Of a DNA stretch of 64,000 nt, positions 55,490 through 64,000 are shown piece after piece. Position 1 is the stretch's first letter. The number at the start of each line of letters is the position of its first letter. The position numbers and the translations under genes are program-made. Source of the stretch: an uncultured beta proteobacterium (lineage in GTDB: Bacteria; Pseudomonadota; Gammaproteobacteria; Burkholderiales; Casimicrobiaceae). Location of the stretch: NCBI GenBank assembly GCA_963827095.1, contig CAWGZZ010000013.1, positions 139,037 through 203,036 on the forward strand, read 5' to 3'. The notes below the pieces were generated by a model, which did no database searches, had not been told where the DNA came from, and saw nothing but the letters and a program-made list of their open reading frames with translations.

Positions 55490-57271
55490 TCATGCGACGC
55501 CTCCGAGGTAGGCTTCGAGCACGGCAGGATTGCGCTGGATCTCGGCCGGCAGGCCCTCGGCGAGCTTTTCGCCGAAGTCCATCACGACCAGCCGGTCGGT
55601 GAGACCCATCACGAACTCCATGTCGTGCTCGACCAGCAGAATGGTCATGCCCTCCGCGCGCAGGTGCGCGCAGGAGCGCGGCCAGTTCCTGCTTTTCCAG
55701 AAAGCGCAGGCCGGCCGCGGGCTCGTCGAGCAGCAGCAGCACCGGATCGGCGGCGAGCGCCCGGGCGATCTCGACGATGCGCTGCTTGCCCAGAGGCAGG
55801 CTGCCCGCGCTGTGCGTGCGTCTGCGCCGCCAGCCCGACGCGCGCGATCGCGCGCGCGGCCTCGGCCTGCGTCCGGGCTTCCTCGCGGCGGTCGAGCCGC
55901 AGCGCGGCACGAACGACGCCGGACGAGCCGCGCAGGTACGCGCCCAGCGCGACGTTGCCGAGCACCGTCATCTGCGGGATCAGCCTCACGTGCTGGAACG
56001 TGCGGCCGATGCCGCGCCGCGCGATCTCGAACGGCTTGCAGCCGCCGATCGATTCGCCGCGGAAGGTGACCGCGCCCGCCGTGAGCGGGAGCGCGCCGGA
56101 GATCAGGTTGAACATCGTGCTCTTGCCGGCGCCGTTGGGCCCGATCAGGCCGAGGATCTCGCCGGGGCGGATCACGAACGACAGGTCGTTCACCGCGACC
56201 AGGCCGCCGAACTGCTTGCGCGCCCGGGCGACGTCGAGGAGGACGCCGGCCGGCGCGTTCCGCGCGCGCGCCGGCAGCGGCGCCGCCGCCGGCACCGGCG
56301 GCGGCGCCCGCGCCGGCAGCAGGCGCGCGAGCCACGGCCACACGCCCTCGCGCGCGCGCTGCAGCACCAGCACCATCAGCACGCCGAACACGACGATCTC
56401 GAAGTTGCCGCTCTTGCCGAGCAGCGTCGGCAGGATGTCCTGCAGCACCTGCTTCAGCAGCGTCACCAGCGTGGCGCCGATCACGGCACCCCACACGCTG
56501 CCGGCGCCGCCCACGACGGCCATGAACAGGTACTCGATGCCCTGGTTGATGCCGAAGGGCGTGGGGTTGATGAACCGCTGCAGGTGCGCGTAGAGCCAGC
56601 CGGAAATGCAGGCGAGCAGCGCCGCATACACGAACACGACGATGTTGAGCCGCGCCGTGTCGACGCCGAACGCCTCCGCCATCTCGGCCTGGCCCTTGAG
56701 CGCGCGGATGGCGCGGCCCGGGCGCGAGTCGAGCAGGTTGTTCGTGCTCCACAGCGCGACCAGCGTGATGCCCCAGATCAGGTAGTAGAAATGGCGCTCG
56801 TTGCGCAATTCGGTGCCGAACAGCCCCAGCGCGGGAATTCCGGTGAGGCCGGTGTACCCGCCGAGGAACTCCAGATTGCCGAACACCAGCGAGATGCTGA
56901 TGCCCCAGGCGATCGTCGCCAGCGGCAGGTAGTGCCCCTTCATCCGCAGCGTGATGAAGCCGAGGAACAGCGACAGCGCCAGCGTGAGCGACGAGCCCGA
57001 CGACGAGGTTGATCCACGGCGACACCGCGTACTGCGTGCTGAGGATCGCCGTCGTGTACGCGCCGATGCCGACGAATGCGGCCTGCCCGAACGACGTCTG
57101 CCCGGCGACGCCGGTCAGCAGGACCAGGCCGAGCGCGACGATGCTGTAGAGCCCGATGTAGTTGCCGAGCGTCACCCAGAACTGCGGCGCGACGAGCGGC
57201 ACGCCGACCAGGACCGCGATGAAGCCGGCATAGCCCCACGCGCCGAACGGCAGCTTGTAGCCTGAGCTCAC
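55490..57271 (-). pseudogene. fused branched-chain amino acid ABC transporter permease (LivM-like) and ATP-binding protein (LivG-like); three +1 frame breaks
   Basis: Permease part: [25 protein letters not shown] | ...[24 protein letters not shown]...[19 protein letters not shown]. It runs on in the same polypeptide into the ATPase part: [49 protein letters not shown] | [31 protein letters not shown] | [16 protein letters not shown]. The frames run 0,1,2,0. Confidence 0.85.
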
Positions 57272-57334
57272 GCCGCGCGTCCCCGTGCGCGAGCGTCGGC
57301 CGGCGTCGAGGCGCAGGACCCCGAGCTCATCCGG

Positions 57335-58375
57335 TCACTCCTCGTCCTGGTGCTGCGTGGTCAGGCTGCGCCACAGCAGCACCGGAATGATCAGCGTGAA
57401 CACGATCACTTCCTTGAACCCGCTGGCCCAGAACGACGCGAACGCCTCGACCTGGCCGACGAACAGCGCGCCGGCCGCCGCCAGCGGATAGCTCGACGAG
57501 GCCGCCGATGATCGCGCCGACGAAACCCTTGAGGCTCACCAGGAATCCGGAATCGTAGTAGACGGTCATGATCGGCCCGATCAGCACGCCCGGAGAACGC
57601 GCACAGCGGCGCGGCGAGGATGAACGTGAGCGCGCCGGCGAGATCGGGCGACATGCCGACCAGCCGCGCGCCGACGCGGTTGAGCGCGGTCGCGCGCAGC
57701 GCCTTGCCGACCAGCGTCCGGCCGAAGAACAGGTAGAGCCCCGCGATCAGCGCGATGCTGGTCGCCACGACCAGCATGCTCTGCACGCTGATGCGGATGC
57801 CGCCGAGCTCGAACGGAATCCGCCGAGAACGGCGGCGTGCGCGAGCCCTCGGCGCCGAAGAACCAGAGCCCCAGCCCGGTCAGCGCGAAATGCACGGCGA
57901 CCGAGACGATCAGCAGCACCAGCACGCTCGCCTCGGCCAGCGGCTGGTACGCGATGCGGTACAGCAGCGGGCCGAGCGGCGGTGACCAGCGCCAGCGTCA
58001 CCAGGATCTGCGCCCAGAACGGAAGCGTCGGCGACGGCGAGGCACCACGCGGCCGCGGCGATCGCGAGCGGGATGCCGGTCCACGTCAGCGAGCTGCCGC
58101 GGAATCCGCCGCGCCTCGCCGCGGCGCAGGCAGGCGTAGATCTCCATGACGCCGGCGACGGCGGCCATGCCGGCCAGCAGCCCGACGGTGCCGGGCGGCT
58201 TGCCCAGCTGCAGGCCGGCCAGCGTCAGCGTGCCGTAGGCGACGAACTCGCCGGACGGAATCCAGATCACGCGCGTGACGGCGAACACCAGCACCAGCGC
58301 GAGCGCCAGCAGCGCGTAGACGGCACCGTTGGTGATGCCGTCCTGCACCAGCAGCGCGAAGATCTGGAGGTCCAT
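57335..58375 (-). pseudogene. livH: branched-chain amino acid ABC transporter permease (LivH type); five or more frame breaks
   Basis: Segments: [48 protein letters not shown] | ...VAVHFALTGLGLWFFG | SIALIAGLYLFFGRTLVGKALRATALNRVGARLVGMSPD | LIGPIMTVYYDSGFLVSLKGFVGAIIGGL | hand-read tail ...[19 protein letters not shown], stop 57337-57335. Confidence 0.8.
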
Positions 58376-58458
58376 GTCGTCAGCACGCGGCCTGGCCGCG
58401 CCATGAAAAAGGCCGGCTGCGGACGCTGCCGCACCCGGCCTTCGTCAGGGGCGCAACG

Positions 58459-59613
58459 TCACTTCGCCAGCACCCACTTCCCGTTGTCGATCTTGATCAT
58501 CGTCCGCGCGCGGTTGTCGAGGCCGTTGTGCTCGGTCGGCGACATCGTGTACACGCCGTGCGTGGCCACCAGCTCCTTGGTGCCCTCCAGCGCATCGCGC
58601 AGCGCGAGCGCGGAATTCCTTGGTGCCCGGCTTCGCCTTCTTCAGCGCCTCGGGGATCGCCTTGGCCAGCAGCAGGTAGGCATCCCAGGCGTGGCCGCCG
58701 AAGGTCGTCCGCGAGTCCTTGCCGTATTTCGCTTCGTACTTGCCGATGTACTCGGCGGCCGTCTTCTTGATCGGGTTCGAGTCCGGCAGCTGCTCGAAGA
58801 CGAGCATCGGCCCGATCGGCAGCAGCGTGCCGTCGCCGTCCTTGCCGACGACGCGCAGGAAATCGGGGTTGGCGACGCCGTGCGTCTGGTAGATCTTGCC
58901 CTTGTAGTTGCGGGCGGCGAGCTCCTTCTGCGGTGTGGCGCCCGGCGTGCCCGACGCGCCGATCAGCACGGCGTCGGGATTGGCGGCGACGATCTTCAGG
59001 ATCTGCCCGGTGACCGACGGGTCGTTGCGGTTGTACTTCTCCTCGGCGACGATCTTGATGCCGGCCGTCTGCGCGGAGCGGCGCATCTCGGCGAGCCAGC
59101 CGTCGCCATAGGCGTCGGCGAAGCCGATGTAGGCCATCGTCTTCACGCCGTTCGCCTTCATGTGGACGGCGATCGCGTCGGCCATCAGCGCGTCGTTCTG
59201 CGGCGTCTTGAACACCCACCGCGTCTTCGGGTTCGCCGGGTCGACGATCCGCGCGGACGCCGCCATCGAGATCATCGGCGTCTCCGCGTCGGCCACGACG
59301 TCGACCATCGCCAGCGAGTTCGGCGTGATCGTCGAGCCGACGACGACGTCGACCTTGTCCTCGGAGATGAGCTTCTTGGTGTTGGTCACCGCCTTGGTCG
59401 TGTCCGAGCCGTCGTCGAGCACGATCCAGTTGACCTTCTGGCCGCCGATCGTCGTCGGCAGCAGCTCGATGGTGTTCTTCTCGGGGATGCCCAGCGACGC
59501 GGCGGGACCGGTCGCCGACAGCGTGACGCCGACGTTGATGTCGGCACGCCGCGGGGTTGACCGTCCAGGACGAGCGCGGCGGCGAGCGCCGGCAGCAGTT
59601 TGCGGACGTGCAT
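58459..59613 (-). pseudogene. branched-chain amino acid ABC transporter substrate-binding protein; two frame breaks (one -1/+2 type, one +1)
   Basis: Segments: MHVRKLLPALAAALVL (signal) | ADINVGVTLSATGPAASLGIPEKNT...LDDGSDTTKAVTNTKKLISEDKVDVVVGSTITPNSLAM...AYIGFADAYGDGW | hand-read tail ALRDALEGTKELVATHGVYTMSPTEHNGLDNRARTMIKIDNGKWVLAK. Confidence 0.8.
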
Positions 59614-59790
59614 GAATTCCTCCAGAGCCTCTTGGGAAATACGGGGATCGCGCGGCCTTGGCGCTTCAGTGCGGCCGTCTGTTGCCGCATCGGCGGCTGG
59701 GTGGGCCGACGCGTGCTGCGGTCACCGGATTCTGGCAAACCCGATGCCCCGGGTCAACGCCCGGGACTTGATTCACCTGAAGAAAGCCGC

Positions 59791-62361
<2,571 letters not shown>

Positions 62362-62479
62362 GGCAAAAATGGTAGCACGCGGACCGCGGCTCCTGCGTCC
62401 GCGCGGCAACTCGCGCGCGATCCGGGTGTCGCAGCGCATTGCGGCACGCCGAGGTTAACGCGACAATCGGAATTTCCCG

Positions 62480-63654
62480 ATGGCCATCCCCACTCCGCTC
62501 TCCCGCGCGCTGTCGCCCCGCCCGCGCACGCTTGCCCTGCGCGACGACGTCGCGCTGGCGGAGATCGCGCCCGCGCGGTGGAACGAGCTCGCGGCCCGGG
62601 CAGCCGCTGCTCTCGCACGCCTTCCTGACGGCGCTGCACGACAGCGGATGCGCCGCGCCGCGAACCGGCTGGCGCCCGCGCTACGTCACCGCCTGGGCCG
62701 ACGACACGTTGCAGGGCGCGCTGCCGATGTACGAAAAGATGCATTCGTACGGCGAATACGTCTTCGACTGGGCGTGGGCGGATGCCTACCGCCGCTACCA
62801 GCGCCGCTACTACCCGAAGCTGGTCGTCGCCATCCCGTTCACGCCGACGTCGGGGCAGCGCCTGCTCGCGGGCGACGACGCGACGCGCGCAGCGCTGCTG
62901 GGGCATGCGCGCGGCGATGCTCGCCGGCGGCGCCTTCTCGTCGCTCCACGTGCTCTTCCCGACGGCGGCCGAGGCCGCGCTCTGCGAGGCCGGCGGGATG
63001 CTGGTGCGCCACGGCGTGCAGTTCCACTGGGACAATCCGGGCTACGGCGATTTCGCCGACTTCCTCGCGGCGTTCAGTCACGACAAGCGCAAGAAGGTGA
63101 AGCAGGAGCGGCGCAAGCTCGCCGAAGCCGGCGTCAAGTTCCAGCGCAAGGTCGGCGGCGAGATCTCCGCCGCGGACTGGGCGTTCTTCCATGCGTGCTA
63201 CGAAGGGACGTACCACGCCCACGGTTCGACGCCGTACCTTTCCCTCGAATTCTTCGAGCGGATCGGGCAGTCGATGCCGGCAAACCTGCTGCTGGTGCTG
63301 GGAACGCGCGACGGCCGGCCGATCTGCGCCGCGCTCGACGTGTTCGACGGCAGCACACTCTGGGGCCGTTACTGGGGCGCGCCGGAATACGTGCCCGGCA
63401 TGCACTTCGAGGCGTGCTATTACCAGGCGATCGAGTTCTGCATCGAGCGCGGCATCGCGCGCTTCGAGGGCGGCGCGCAGGGAGTCCACAAGCTTGCCCG
63501 CGGGCTGCTGCCGGTGGCGACGTCCTCGGCGCATGCCATCGCCGACCCGGCCTTCGCGCGGGCGATCGCCGATTTCTGCGCCCGCGAGCGGGTCGATGTG
63601 GCGCACGCACTCGAGGAGCTCGAGACCGCGAGCCCGTTCCGGAACGGGGCCTAA
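62480..63654 (+). pseudogene. GNAT/FemAB-like acyltransferase (DUF482, COG3146-type); two +1 frame breaks
   Basis: Segments: MAIPTPLSRALSPRPRTLALRDDVALAEIAPARWNEL | QPLLSHAFLTALHDSGCAAPRTGW...MYEKMHSYGEYVFDWAWADAYRRY...PKLVVAIPFTPTSGQRLL | ...FHWDNPGYGDFADFLAAFSHDKRKKVKQERRKL...LWGRYWGAPEYVPGMHFEACYYQAIEFCIERGIARFEGGAQGVHKLARGL. Confidence 0.7.
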
Positions 63655-63827
63655 TCGCGCGCCCGCCGCGTGCGCTGCGCCAACGCCCGCGCGGCATCCG
63701 CAAGCGTCGAGCCACTACCCTCCCTGTACCGCGCGTGGCCGGCGCTGAACCGAGCGTCGGGTTCCAGCGTCGATTCGCCCCGGTCGCATCCCCGCTGCGC
63801 GGGGCCCCTGCTCCCAGGCTCACGACG

Positions 63828-64000
63828 CTACCGGTTGAAATCCTCGTCGGCGGGCGTGGTTTCGGCGGCGCGCGGGGCTTCGTTGCCGGGCGAAGGTTCG
63901 TTGCCGGGCGACGATCCGGGTTTCGGCCCGCGGCGATTGCGATTCGCGTGCGGCCGGTTCTTGCCTTGCCCGGGTCCCGGCCCCTGGCGCTTCGGCCGGT
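63828..64000 (-). CDS. C-terminal tail of an unidentified protein (basic Gly/Pro/Arg/Asn-rich, runs off right edge)
   Basis: Minus-strand hand translation gives ...RPKRQGPGPGQGKNRPHANRNRRGPKPGSSPGNEPSPGNEAPRAAETTPADEDFNR with stop TAG 63830-63828. GC3 is high. The composition resembles the low-complexity tails of RNA helicases and similar proteins, but no catalytic part is in the window. Confidence 0.3.
   Translation of the reverse strand, partial: RPKRQGPGPGQGKNRPHANRNRRGPKPGSSPGNEPSPGNEAPRAAETTPADEDFNR

Overview
Very GC-rich (about 70% by eye) chromosomal segment. Gene content and order look like a betaproteobacterium of the Burkholderiales type; this is inferred from synteny, not from any search. 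It is mostly core housekeeping. Main blocks: (1) rpmF-plsX-fabH-fabD-fabG-acpP-fabF, then lysC, tRNA-Ser, a PLD/cardiolipin-synthase-like gene and tRNA-Arg. (2) SRP RNA-dnaX-ybaB-recR. (3) ftsK-(small ORF)-lolA-rarA-serS, then trxB. (4) glnE divergent from yhdP-nit. (5) ilvE, a Zn-ribbon gene and waaF. (6) tldD, chaA and a lone ABC ATPase. (7) A liv-type ABC operon with a fused permease-ATPase. (8) mscL, glnB-nadE, and a TRAP transporter (P, Q, M). I found no rRNA, CRISPR array, intact transposase or recognisable defence, secretion or toxin system, and no convincing novel multi-gene system. Three things stand out. First, about 30 genes, many essential, can only be read by hopping between frames. 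Nearly every hop is a +1 step, and the breaks are very patchy: none in 1.96-10.2 kb, extremely dense in the fab and liv operons. Insertion-type sequence errors fit this better than real decay, so I type these genes as pseudogene 'as sequenced'. Second, a decayed integrative-element remnant sits at the 3' end of tRNA-Arg, with an integrase C-terminal stub fused back-to-back to a truncated fcl gene. Third, there are several repeat and architecture oddities. These are three REP-like inverted-repeat pairs, an 88-bp nested hairpin and a 15-bp tandem array carrying the nit start region. There are also a 3 x 42-bp in-frame repeat inside a very large insertion in the TRAP large permease, a Nudix-MBL fusion, and a start-less Cys-containing ORF between ftsK and lolA. 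All coordinates were derived by hand from the ORF track and raw sequence. Frame-break positions are approximate.
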